Virus record (IMG/VR): IMGVR_UViG_3300023174_000062
Source of the DNA: a virus
Reading direction: 5' to 3' (one strand)
DNA length: 64,000 bases
Shown: positions 1 to 8,290 of the stretch, piece after piece
Layout of the letters: every line of letters starts with the position of its first letter
How positions within the stretch are numbered: the first letter of the stretch is position 1
Translations under genes and position numbers: made by a program
The notes under the pieces: model-generated
Told to the model about the DNA's origin: nothing
The model's input: the letters and a program-made list of their open reading frames with translations, nothing else
The model's database searches: none

Positions 1-38
1 GTTGAAATTGAAGTACTTAATGTTAGGAGTTGGAATTA

Positions 39-203
39 ATGCGTGGTTCTATTATAATGCTTGTTAGTTTTCTAATTGTCTTTGGTGCCGTTGGTGGTAT
101 TGAAGTGAATCCCGATGCCGACTTGTTGACCCTAATGATGATTGCGATTGGCGGTCTAATCGGCATGTTGATTGGTGTTAGTGTAATGCGTGAGGATGCA
201 TAA
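39..203 (+). CDS. small membrane protein (54 aa, two hydrophobic helices); not in ORF track
   Basis: ATG at 39 after AGGAG; MRGSIIMLVSFLIVFGAVGG...LMMIAIGGLIGMLIGVSVMREDA; TAATG overlap with next gene. Confidence 0.75.
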   Translation: MRGSIIMLVSFLIVFGAVGGIEVNPDADLLTLMMIAIGGLIGMLIGVSVMREDA

Positions 204-391
204 TGAGCGATATTGAAATAGAAATTAATGAGATACTAGACACTACAGTTATGCTTTGCGAAGAAATTGCAGAGCAAGTTGGATGTCCAGTTGAATGGGT
301 TGAAAAAATTGTTGAGAAGCGTTGGAATGACTTGTTGTTTTCCAATGATGATTTTATGAATGGTTATGATATGGCAAAGGAGAATATGTAA
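203..391 (+). CDS. small acidic hypothetical protein, possible HTH
   Basis: Coupled to neighbours by TAATG overlaps; CEEIAEQVGCPVEWVEKIV resembles a helix-turn-helix. Confidence 0.7.
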   Translation: MSDIEIEINEILDTTVMLCEEIAEQVGCPVEWVEKIVEKRWNDLLFSNDDFMNGYDMAKENM

Positions 392-822
392 TGGGTACTC
401 GGTCTTTAACTTTTGTGTATGATGATAGCAGTACCGATGATGGTTCGGCTGAGGCAATCATGTGCATCTATCGTCAATACGATGGATATCCCTCAGGGCA
501 TGGACATGAACTGGCTCAGTTTTTAAATTCTAAAACCATTGTCAATGGCTATGGTGAGCAGAATTCAATGGAAGCAAATGGCATGAGTTGCCTTGCCGCA
601 CAATTAGTTGTTCAATTGAAACACGGTGTTGGTGGAATTTATATCTATGCACCAATGGTCGGTCGTGACCACTGGCAAGATTATGAATACCATGTGTATG
701 ACAACAAAGTGATTGTGCAGAATTGCAATACTGTATATGATAGCGGCCACAAGCAAGTTATATTTGATGGCACATGGGAAGAGTTTGGACAATTTTGTTT
801 AGACCCAATTTCTGCGGAGTGA
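391..822 (+). CDS. conserved phage hypothetical protein (MGTRS...YRQYDGYP type)
   Basis: AAGGAG SD; MGTRS N-terminus and YRQYDGYPSGHG motif seen in phage early regions. Confidence 0.75.
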   Translation: MGTRSLTFVYDDSSTDDGSAEAIMCIYRQYDGYPSGHGHELAQFLNSKTIVNGYGEQNSMEANGMSCLAAQLVVQLKHGVGGIYIYAPMVGRDHWQDYEYHVYDNKVIVQNCNTVYDSGHKQVIFDGTWEEFGQFCLDPISAE

Positions 823-824
823 AT

Positions 825-1046
825 ATGACTGGCTTTCAAAGCAAACGAAAAATGGCAAACGATAGATTTAAAGTCTATTGTGAGTGGTGCCACGATTGGC
901 ACTACACCGATGAAGTTGAATTTTTGAATATAGAAGAAGACATTCAAGGGCGTGATGTGATGCACTTTGAATGCGGACAACCACCATCATGGAACGAAGA
1001 CATTTCACGATATGATGGCACCTCATCACTTGTTTATAAGGAATAA
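825..1046 (+). CDS. small putative Zn-binding protein (start corrected to 825)
   Basis: GGAG upstream of ATG 825; CEWC...HFEC ligands. Confidence 0.7.
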   Translation: MTGFQSKRKMANDRFKVYCEWCHDWHYTDEVEFLNIEEDIQGRDVMHFECGQPPSWNEDISRYDGTSSLVYKE

Positions 1047-1052
1047 ATTATT

Positions 1053-1286
1053 ATGTTACTCGCAAAACCAAAACTAACAAACACACTAGATGCAAAAGAA
1101 TTTGAGACATTCTCAGAATGCCAAGAATATCTTGAAACGTATACTGACATTTCAATGCCACTTGTTGAATGGATCGCACTTGGTAAGATTCTTGTTGCAG
1201 AGACAATGACAACACCAGAATTCTATCCGAAGAAAGTTAAAGGTCAAATCGTTATGACTAAATTCGACATTGAGGAATTCGCATGA
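1053..1286 (+). CDS. hypothetical protein
   Basis: AAGGA SD; ATGA overlap with next ORF. Confidence 0.7.
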   Translation: MLLAKPKLTNTLDAKEFETFSECQEYLETYTDISMPLVEWIALGKILVAETMTTPEFYPKKVKGQIVMTKFDIEEFA

Positions 1287-1441
1287 ACAAATGTAGTGTT
1301 TGTAATTGCTCATTCACCGATGACGAAGGCGGCATACACGGCTACTTTGGTATGCTAAGTGTATCATTCTGTCCAACTTGTTTTAGTTGCATGTGTGATA
1401 TGGTGAATCAAATAACACAAGAGTTTGGAGTTGAAGAATGA
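1283..1441 (+). CDS. small Zn-finger-like protein (52 aa); not in ORF track
   Basis: MNKCSVC...FCPTCFSCMC...EFGVEE; GAGG SD; ATGA overlaps at both ends. Confidence 0.75.
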   Translation: MNKCSVCNCSFTDDEGGIHGYFGMLSVSFCPTCFSCMCDMVNQITQEFGVEE

Positions 1442-1563
1442 TGCCATGGTATAAGAAATTATTGCTTATGATTATAGCACCGTTTATTATTGGTGCTTGG
1501 TGTATTATGAATCCACGCAAAGTTTGGGAACAGGCTAAGAAAGACTTTGGAGTTGAACAATGA
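1438..1563 (+). CDS. small single-pass membrane protein (41 aa); not in ORF track
   Basis: MMPWYKKLLLMIIAPFIIGAWCIMNPRKVWEQAKKDFGVEQ; GGAG SD; ATGA overlaps. Confidence 0.7.
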   Translation: MMPWYKKLLLMIIAPFIIGAWCIMNPRKVWEQAKKDFGVEQ

Positions 1564-1892
1564 GCGATTACACACCAGACAAATGGCTAATGGTCAAACT
1601 GACTAACAAAGAAAATAAATCTCACTACAGGATTTTTGCGTGTTGGTATGGCGGCTATCTCGGTAGTGACTCTTGGCAGTTAAATTCTGGAGTGACTAAA
1701 ATTACTGAAGACAAACATTCATATTATTTTGAAGGTTCGTCTGGTTCAGTATATCAATGCAACAAACGTTTGTATGGTACAAGCGGATACGGACATGGCG
1801 TATTGACGAATATGATTGAGAAAAGTAAAGATACTTTAGTGATGGAAATTCTTCCTGAAGAAACAAATTTTATGGAGTTGAATTATGAGTAA
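1560..1892 (+). CDS. conserved phage hypothetical protein
   Basis: YTPDKW...WYGGYLGSDSWQLNSG...GSSGSVYQC motif typical of T4-like accessory genes. Confidence 0.8.
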   Translation: MSDYTPDKWLMVKLTNKENKSHYRIFACWYGGYLGSDSWQLNSGVTKITEDKHSYYFEGSSGSVYQCNKRLYGTSGYGHGVLTNMIEKSKDTLVMEILPEETNFMELNYE

Positions 1893-2085
1893 CGGACTTA
1901 CAATTGATTTTGATACTGCCGACAGAATTACTCTGTTGGTATTGAAGGATCAATTAAAATATTTGCAAAAAGAACTTGAAGATTTTAAAGAAGGTAAATA
2001 TTTGCATCCAGAAGATGTTGCAAACAACATTAAAATCATTGCCGCTTTAGAACTGTTGATTCCGTACTACGGAGGAACCGTGTGA
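1885..2085 (+). CDS. hypothetical protein
   Basis: GGAG SD; overlaps both neighbours. Confidence 0.7.
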   Translation: MSNGLTIDFDTADRITLLVLKDQLKYLQKELEDFKEGKYLHPEDVANNIKIIAALELLIPYYGGTV

Positions 2086-2207
2086 ATCCAATATTGCGTA
2101 ATCGATACGATGAATCCAAACGAAATGGTATAAACAAAAGATTCCGTTTCAAGGTTTGGTGTATTCGAACGTTTGGTTTTGTTGTGGGATTTATTACAGG
2201 AAGGTAA
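2082..2207 (+). CDS. small basic/hydrophobic protein (41 aa, GTG start); not in ORF track
   Basis: GGAGG SD; GTGA overlap; fills the gap between neighbours. Confidence 0.6.
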   Translation: MNPILRNRYDESKRNGINKRFRFKVWCIRTFGFVVGFITGR

Positions 2208-2209
2208 TT

Positions 2210-2527
2210 ATGAGTGGCGGACATTTTCAATACAAACAATATGAACTCGGACACATTGCCGATGAAATTGAACAACTTATTCTAAACAATGATTCTGAGG
2301 AAGTGAATGAATGGGGTGATAAAAAAGGTTATGGCTATTCGCCAGAAACAATTGCAAAATTTAAAATTGCTAGAATGTCACTTTTATTGGCACAAATTTA
2401 TGTACAAAGGATCGACTGGCTGGTTTCGGGTGATGATGGGGAAGACTCTTTCCATAGTAGATTAGATGCTGATTTTGAAGCCCTAGACCGCCGTTTGGGC
2501 GACTCTGAGGGTTCGGACGTACTCTAG
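2210..2527 (+). CDS. conserved phage hypothetical protein (start corrected to 2210, MSGGHF)
   Basis: GGAAGG SD; MSGGHF...RIDWLVSGDDGEDSF motif. Confidence 0.75.
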   Translation: MSGGHFQYKQYELGHIADEIEQLILNNDSEEVNEWGDKKGYGYSPETIAKFKIARMSLLLAQIYVQRIDWLVSGDDGEDSFHSRLDADFEALDRRLGDSEGSDVL

Positions 2528-2603
2528 CATCAAACTATAGCGGAAAACCGCCCAAAACCGCCCTAATTTTGTTGTTTTTTTGCGACATTTGCCAGAAAAG
2601 CCC

Positions 2604-2632
2604 TTGACAGGTGCGGTATTTCATGCGATACT
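2604..2632 (+). promoter_or_regulatory. sigma70-type early promoter
   Basis: TTGACA-17 bp-GATACT with extended -10 TG, in an intergenic gap. Confidence 0.8.
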
Positions 2633-2664
2633 AGGGGTGTTGGTTGTGAGATTAAGGACTAATT

Positions 2665-2838
2665 ATGAATCTTGACTTGATAAATGCTGAATTACAAGAT
2701 GTTGCTTTAACCCAACAGCAAGAGGAAATTGACTTGACTTATCAGGACTTCCTTGATACAATGAATGCTTACCACGATATGATGATGTATGCATGTCATT
2801 CGTATGATGAAGACGCTATTTTTTATGGAGTGAATTGA
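2665..2838 (+). CDS. small acidic protein (57 aa); not in ORF track
   Basis: TAAGGA SD; first gene after the promoter; MNLDLINAELQ...DEDAIFYGVN. Confidence 0.7.
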   Translation: MNLDLINAELQDVALTQQQEEIDLTYQDFLDTMNAYHDMMMYACHSYDEDAIFYGVN

Positions 2839-2840
2839 AC

Positions 2841-3254
2841 ATGGCTTATATGAATCAAGAACGTAAAGCAAAGATCAAAGCGAACCTTGATGCGGCACTT
2901 AAAGGTACTGGCGTTAAGTATTCCTTGCGTTGCGATAGTCTCTCTATCACATGCACAATCAAGTCCGCACCCGTTGACTTTATTGCGAACGCAAACGAAA
3001 CTTGCGGCCGTGACTCTTATCAAATGGCACGTGGTTTTCAACCCAATACGACTGGTTACGACCAAGTGAATCCCTACCATTATCAGAACCACTATTCTGG
3101 TAAAGCAAAAGAACTAATGACCAAAATCGTTACCGCAATGTATTCTGGTGATTATTATGACAATAGTGATGCAATGACGGATTATTTCGACACCGCTTAC
3201 TACGCTCATATCAATGTTGGCAAGTGGAACAAACCTTTTGTTGTTACCGCTTGA
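2841..3254 (+). CDS. LPD29-like phage early protein
   Basis: C-terminal YYDNSDAMTDYFD signature; GGAG SD upstream of ATG 2841. Confidence 0.6.
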   Translation: MAYMNQERKAKIKANLDAALKGTGVKYSLRCDSLSITCTIKSAPVDFIANANETCGRDSYQMARGFQPNTTGYDQVNPYHYQNHYSGKAKELMTKIVTAMYSGDYYDNSDAMTDYFDTAYYAHINVGKWNKPFVVTA

Positions 3255-3279
3255 CAAACACCACATGGTGTGTTACCAT
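3251..3279 (+). promoter_or_regulatory. sigma70-type promoter with palindromic spacer
   Basis: TTGACA-17 bp-TACCAT with extended -10 TG; ACACCA-CA-TGGTGT at 3258-3271. Confidence 0.75.
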
Positions 3280-3315
3280 GTATATCTTAGTTAACTCTTT
3301 TAAGGAAATTATATT

Positions 3316-3789
3316 ATGACTAAATCTGTTCAACAATACACAAAGATTTTTGAAGTTTTGCAAAACGCAAAAGCACCCGTACCTGTTAGCACCATTCGTG
3401 CGATTGATGGTATCGTTGCGACTCGCCTTTCTACTTATCTGTGGGAAATCAAGAAAAACACGGGCTTTGCTGTTCGTGCCAATCGTGATGGCCGTACAGT
3501 TGTGAGTTATGAACTCGTTGGCGCTGGTACTGCACCCGTTGCAAAACCGGCTAAAGTGAAGGCTGTTAAACCTGCTAAAGCACCTGTTGTCAAAGCGACT
3601 AAGCCTGTTGTTGCGAAAGCAAAGAAAGTTACTCCTACGCCTGTTCCTGCTGGTGATTCCCTTGATGGAATTATGAATGCGATGGCAAAGTCTTCTGCAA
3701 AGAAACCTGTTAATCTGCTTGATGAGATTGATACAGACGTTGCGGATTACGAAGACCGTGCATTCGCTGAAGCATATATTCGAACATGA
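3316..3789 (+). CDS. putative DNA-binding protein: winged-helix-like N-terminus, Lys/Ala/Pro-rich H1-like linker, acidic C-terminus
   Basis: TAAGGA SD; PVAKPAKVKAVKPAKAPVVKATKPVVAKAKK tract. Confidence 0.6.
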   Translation: MTKSVQQYTKIFEVLQNAKAPVPVSTIRAIDGIVATRLSTYLWEIKKNTGFAVRANRDGRTVVSYELVGAGTAPVAKPAKVKAVKPAKAPVVKATKPVVAKAKKVTPTPVPAGDSLDGIMNAMAKSSAKKPVNLLDEIDTDVADYEDRAFAEAYIRT

Positions 3790-3805
3790 TATCGATTGGA
3801 GTGAT

Positions 3806-3964
3806 ATGGATGACCGTGCAGTAATAGAACGATACATCCTTGAAGCATGGGACAAAGGCTTGACTGGTGCTGACGTTGTAACATACGTTCAGTATATGTC
3901 AAGCGTTCCCATTTTTGAGATAGAACCTGTTTTACAAAATTTAATTGCGAGAATGTCAGAATGA
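3806..3964 (+). CDS. hypothetical protein (start corrected to 3806)
   Basis: GGAG SD before ATG 3806. Confidence 0.65.
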   Translation: MDDRAVIERYILEAWDKGLTGADVVTYVQYMSSVPIFEIEPVLQNLIARMSE

Positions 3965-4086
3965 AACTTTCCATATATGATAGATTGATGCAGTATCCTT
4001 GGTTTTATAAACTAATGATAAACTTTACTCTCATGGAATATTTTGTAATCATATTCTTTTTTGTTGGAATGTTTTTATGGTTGTAA
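3961..4086 (+). CDS. small membrane protein (41 aa); not in ORF track
   Basis: ATGA overlap; C-terminal YFVIIFFFVGMFLWL. Confidence 0.55.
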   Translation: MKLSIYDRLMQYPWFYKLMINFTLMEYFVIIFFFVGMFLWL

Positions 4087-4592
4087 GTAAACTATATCTC
4101 GACATGGACGGTGTTGTTTGTAACTTTGAGAAACGTTACTTTGAACTCTTTGGCGAAAGTCCTGGTTCGTCTAGAGACAGAAAAAACTTTTCTTCCAACT
4201 GGACTAAATTTATTGAAGGTGAAAACTTTGCGACATTAGATTGGTACGAAGGCGGAAAAGAATTGCTTGCCTACGTGCGAACTATTCCTAATGTTGAGAT
4301 TGAAATGTTGACTTCAAGTGGTGGTCTAAAGTATCATACCGAAGTGACAATTCAAAAGACGCAATGGCTTTGCGAACGTGGTATAGATTATAAAATAAAT
4401 ACTGTGCCTGGGCGCAAATTAAAAGCCGAATATGCAAAATCCACAACCATATTGGTGGATGATACTCCAGACGTAATTGATTCGTTTGGAGCCGCTGGCG
4501 GTATTGCTATACTGCATAAAGATGTAAATGAGACTATTGCTAAACTACAATTCTATTGTGAAGATTATATTCTCCCACCTCACACAGATTGA
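4077..4592 (+). CDS. HAD-family 5'(3')-deoxyribonucleotidase-like protein
   Basis: LYLDMDGV (HAD motif I), LTSS, K..W, ILVDD (motif IV). Confidence 0.85.
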   Translation: MVVSKLYLDMDGVVCNFEKRYFELFGESPGSSRDRKNFSSNWTKFIEGENFATLDWYEGGKELLAYVRTIPNVEIEMLTSSGGLKYHTEVTIQKTQWLCERGIDYKINTVPGRKLKAEYAKSTTILVDDTPDVIDSFGAAGGIAILHKDVNETIAKLQFYCEDYILPPHTD

Positions 4593-4600
4593 GAGTAAAA

Positions 4601-5518
4601 ATGAAAATTGCTATTGCTTCCGATGTTCACCTAGAATTTGGTGACTTGATTTTAAAGAATGAAGAAAACGCTGACGTATTAATACTGTCTGGCGATATCT
4701 GTGTTGCATCAGATTTTCGTGATCCTGATGTTTACAGTATGGTGCAAGGCGGTAAAACTCAACGTTATGTTGATTTCTTTACTCGCTGTGCATTTCAATT
4801 TCCCAAAGTAATTTATGTTGTCGGTAACCATGAACACTATCACGGCGACTTTGCTGAAACGTTTACCATTCTACGAAAGTACTTAGGACATATTGAGAAT
4901 CTACATATCCTCGATAAAGAGCATGTAGTCATTGATGACGTAACATTCATTGGTGGTACATTGTGGACTGACATGAATGCACAAGACCCTGTTACTCTTT
5001 CACATATTCGTGGTATGATGAACGATTTTCGTATTATTCAAAACAGTAACGAAATGGTTTCATACAAAACTATGGTCAATGCATATGACGGCGATGGCAA
5101 TGTGAAACTAGATGACAATGGGCAACCAATTCAGAAAGCAGAATTTCATAAGCGTCCTGCTAGATTCACACCAGAAGATACTGTACAGGATCACAAGAAA
5201 ATGTTACAATACATTCAAGTGACTACTGCAATGCTTGGTGAGAATCCAAACAAGTATGTTGTTGTTGGGCATCATGCGCCTAGCAAAGCATCTACGCATC
5301 CACGATACAAAGAAGAAGTGTTAATGAATGGCGCATACAGTAGCCGTTTGGATCAATTCATTCTTGACAATCCACAAATCAAATTGTGGACTCACGGGCA
5401 CACACATGAAGAATTTGACTACATGATTGGTACTACTAGGGTTGTTTGCAATCCACGTGGATATATTAATTATGAAAATCGTGCCGATGACTTTAAACTA
5501 AAATACGTGGAGATTTAA
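4601..5518 (+). CDS. calcineurin-like metallophosphoesterase
   Basis: SDVHLE, LSGDI, VGNHEHY, GHHAP, HGHTH, NPRGY motifs. Confidence 0.92.
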   Translation: MKIAIASDVHLEFGDLILKNEENADVLILSGDICVASDFRDPDVYSMVQGGKTQRYVDFFTRCAFQFPKVIYVVGNHEHYHGDFAETFTILRKYLGHIENLHILDKEHVVIDDVTFIGGTLWTDMNAQDPVTLSHIRGMMNDFRIIQNSNEMVSYKTMVNAYDGDGNVKLDDNGQPIQKAEFHKRPARFTPEDTVQDHKKMLQYIQVTTAMLGENPNKYVVVGHHAPSKASTHPRYKEEVLMNGAYSSRLDQFILDNPQIKLWTHGHTHEEFDYMIGTTRVVCNPRGYINYENRADDFKLKYVEI

Positions 5519-5519
5519 A

Positions 5520-5945
5520 ATGGAAGAACCTATTGACTTTGAGAACTCGCATCCATGTATGGAAAAAATTATCGAATCAGATAAACTTTTGCCAGTCACA
5601 AAATCAGTAGCAAAAATGTTGATGCGTAATCCATATACATCATTAGGCAAATTCTTTAAGAAATTGTCTGATGAAAACTTAGAAGTGTTAATGGAAATTA
5701 TTGATGAAGGTGATAGTGAATTCAATGATGGCATGGAAGATATTGTATTGATGACAGAAATGTTATCACGGGCTGAAGGTGTACCAAGCCAATCCATTGA
5801 AGACATTACCGAAAATGTAAATTACTTTGGTGCATGTGTTACCTGTGTTTCACTTGCACGAAAGGGTCTAGTTCGTGTATACTATGATAACATGTCGTTT
5901 GGTACAGACCAAGGCGATAAAATACTTGTGGAGAAATTAGATTGA
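5520..5945 (+). CDS. acidic hypothetical protein
   Basis: GGAG SD; contiguous ORF. Confidence 0.75.
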   Translation: MEEPIDFENSHPCMEKIIESDKLLPVTKSVAKMLMRNPYTSLGKFFKKLSDENLEVLMEIIDEGDSEFNDGMEDIVLMTEMLSRAEGVPSQSIEDITENVNYFGACVTCVSLARKGLVRVYYDNMSFGTDQGDKILVEKLD

Positions 5946-6517
5946 ACATTTTTTATTTGAATCACGAACCAAAAGTTTGTGCAGAAATGCACTTAGACAA
6001 ACACGTTGTAAAAATGATTATTGAGTATGCACAACTCATGTCTACCGCACACCGTGTTCTTGATGGCGACAAATTCATAGATAAGACTTCAAACAATCGT
6101 AACATTCAACGTTGGCGCATGAAAAACGAAATCATTGAATACGGCTTGATGAAAGCATCACATGTTAATCATCCATCAAACATATGGGTTCGTGCAAGCA
6201 AACAAAACTACATTTGGTTGTATCAAATGTGGACTCACTTGATGGCTGAGTATACACATCGATATGGCAAGCATCATGCATGTGAAAAATATGCAAAGTA
6301 TCTTTGTATGCCTCCAGAGAACATTGCTGATGTTCCATTCACCGAACCCACGCCTGCAATGCCTGATATATATAAAGTGACGAATGATTCTATTCGTTCG
6401 TATCAAAACTACTATATACATGATAAGGCGAGATTCGCTAATTGGAAAAACAGAGAAACACCAGAGTGGTTCTCATACGGAGTAAAGAATGCCAACATAC
6501 AACTTTCGCCATCGTGA
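5942..6517 (+). CDS. pyrimidine-dimer DNA glycosylase / endonuclease V-like protein (TTG start)
   Basis: MNIFYL...HLDKHVVKMIIEYAQLMSTAH, HVNHPSNIW, EYTHRYGKHH, AMPD motifs. Confidence 0.75.
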   Translation: MNIFYLNHEPKVCAEMHLDKHVVKMIIEYAQLMSTAHRVLDGDKFIDKTSNNRNIQRWRMKNEIIEYGLMKASHVNHPSNIWVRASKQNYIWLYQMWTHLMAEYTHRYGKHHACEKYAKYLCMPPENIADVPFTEPTPAMPDIYKVTNDSIRSYQNYYIHDKARFANWKNRETPEWFSYGVKNANIQLSPS

Positions 6518-6725
6518 GACAGGCGAAATAATTGAGAAACTTTTTAAAATTGCTGATAAAGAGGAATTCTTAGAACAGAATCCTCAATATGAATCTGTTA
6601 TGCTAGGCGCACCATCATTAGGTGATCCAATCAGATTGGGCATTCGAAAGCCAGACAATGGATTTAGAGAAGTCCTTGCGAAGGCTAAAGAAGCACATCC
6701 GAGGGGTAATGTTAATACATTCTAA
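6489..6725 (+). CDS. FmdB-like small regulatory protein
   Basis: MPTYNF..ETGE and KPDNGFREVL; usual position upstream of phoH in T4-like phages. Confidence 0.65.
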   Translation: MPTYNFRHRETGEIIEKLFKIADKEEFLEQNPQYESVMLGAPSLGDPIRLGIRKPDNGFREVLAKAKEAHPRGNVNTF

Positions 6726-6769
6726 TAATGGGGATACACAAAACCACTACAACTACAAAAAGGGCACCC

Positions 6770-7543
6770 ATGGCAAGAAAACCTGCTGTATCTAAATCAG
6801 CAAATACCGAACCAGAAATTCAACAACCCCCTAGAACAAAAGCGGTCAATAACACACTCAGACTCAGACTAGATGATTTAAAAACTTTTGATCCGTTAAC
6901 AGAAAACCAAAAACTATTTTTCGAAGCATACAAACGTGGAGACTATTTTGTAGCACTTCATGGCGTAGCAGGTACAGGTAAAACATTCTGTGCATTGTAT
7001 AAAGCAATCGAAGAAGTAATGGATAAAGCAAATCCATTTAATAAAATTATTGTAGTACGTTCTGCTGTTCAATCAAGAGAGATTGGACATTTGCCAGGTG
7101 ACGTAAATGAGAAGATGGAAATCTATCAACAACCATATCGTCAAATCTGCGACACTCTTTTTGGTCGCAAAGATGCATGGGATAGATTAGAAGAGCAAGG
7201 ACACATTGAATTTATCTCTACATCATTCATTCGTGGTATGTCATTTGATGACGCTATCATTATTGTAGATGAAATGCAGAACATGACATTTGAAGAGATA
7301 GATACAGTTATGACAAGGGTTGGCTATCGCTCTAAGATTATTTGGTGTGGAGACTATCGCCAAACTGACTTGAATAAGAAGAAGAATGACGTATCAGGAA
7401 TTCTTAAATTCTTTGACATTGCATATCACATGAATGCATTCACAAAGATTGAATTTACTGTAGATGATATCGTTCGTTCTTCATTGGTAAAAGATTATAT
7501 TTTAGCGAAATTACAACATGAAGACGGAATCAACACTCTCTAG
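6770..7543 (+). CDS. phoH: PhoH-like ATPase
   Basis: GVAGTGKT Walker A, IGHLPG, FIRGMSF, IVDEMQN, GDYRQTD, DIVRS. Confidence 0.95.
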   Translation: MARKPAVSKSANTEPEIQQPPRTKAVNNTLRLRLDDLKTFDPLTENQKLFFEAYKRGDYFVALHGVAGTGKTFCALYKAIEEVMDKANPFNKIIVVRSAVQSREIGHLPGDVNEKMEIYQQPYRQICDTLFGRKDAWDRLEEQGHIEFISTSFIRGMSFDDAIIIVDEMQNMTFEEIDTVMTRVGYRSKIIWCGDYRQTDLNKKKNDVSGILKFFDIAYHMNAFTKIEFTVDDIVRSSLVKDYILAKLQHEDGINTL

Positions 7544-8288
7544 TCTAGGTGAAATAGACTTAAAAAAATTAAATCCAAAAAACCTAGCACTAGATTCTGT
7601 TAGGACAGATAACGCACACGTTAAGGAATTCTTAAGTAATTTTCAAAGTGAATTTTGGTTGGCACATAGAATCAAAATTCATCATTCTGTTAAAGTTACC
7701 AAAGAACACCTTGTACGTGATCGTGTTATTGTTTTCATCTATAAAAAACAAAGTTTTACATCCGTCAACGATGTTCTTAAACTCGTTCGCAAATATGAGT
7801 TTCCAGAAAAATATGTTCTTAGATTAATGTCAGAATATAAGACTTGTCATTGTATCATGTTTGCTATTGAAGCGGATGGTGATATCGCAAAGTATAAAGT
7901 TTATTGTGAAACTCCTTTTAAGAATTTTGGATTTGGATTCAAATGGGTTAAGTCTAAATCTGTAGTGACTAGATATGATTTGAGATCCGCAAGCGAATAC
8001 AAATCATTGATTGATGCCAGTGGTTTTAATTTGTATCCAGAATTTTTAGAGAAGACTAAAATCACTAGAGCGGCATCGGTAAAAGATGAGAACACCAGTA
8101 AGCGTGGATTTGAACTGGAGTTTGATTCATTACGTTTGAACGACATATCAAGAGATGTATCAAACTTGACATTTATCAATATACATGATAAACTGAAAGA
8201 CTTATCTAATCTTCCTATAATTCATTTTAGTGGGGGTCTCGAAAGTAACGGAGATAAATACTTTAATCTATATTTTGTGGTACTATAA
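7518..8288 (+). CDS. hypothetical protein
   Basis: 256-aa ORF filling the phoH-exonuclease gap; no motif recognised with confidence. Confidence 0.7.
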   Translation: MKTESTLSSLGEIDLKKLNPKNLALDSVRTDNAHVKEFLSNFQSEFWLAHRIKIHHSVKVTKEHLVRDRVIVFIYKKQSFTSVNDVLKLVRKYEFPEKYVLRLMSEYKTCHCIMFAIEADGDIAKYKVYCETPFKNFGFGFKWVKSKSVVTRYDLRSASEYKSLIDASGFNLYPEFLEKTKITRAASVKDENTSKRGFELEFDSLRLNDISRDVSNLTFINIHDKLKDLSNLPIIHFSGGLESNGDKYFNLYFVVL

Positions 8289-8290
8289 AA

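Noticed and set aside
3244-3855. 203-aa minus-strand ORF with RFxN repeats
   Set aside because: Mirror of the Lys/Ala/Pro repeats in the plus-strand gene, which has the promoter and SD.
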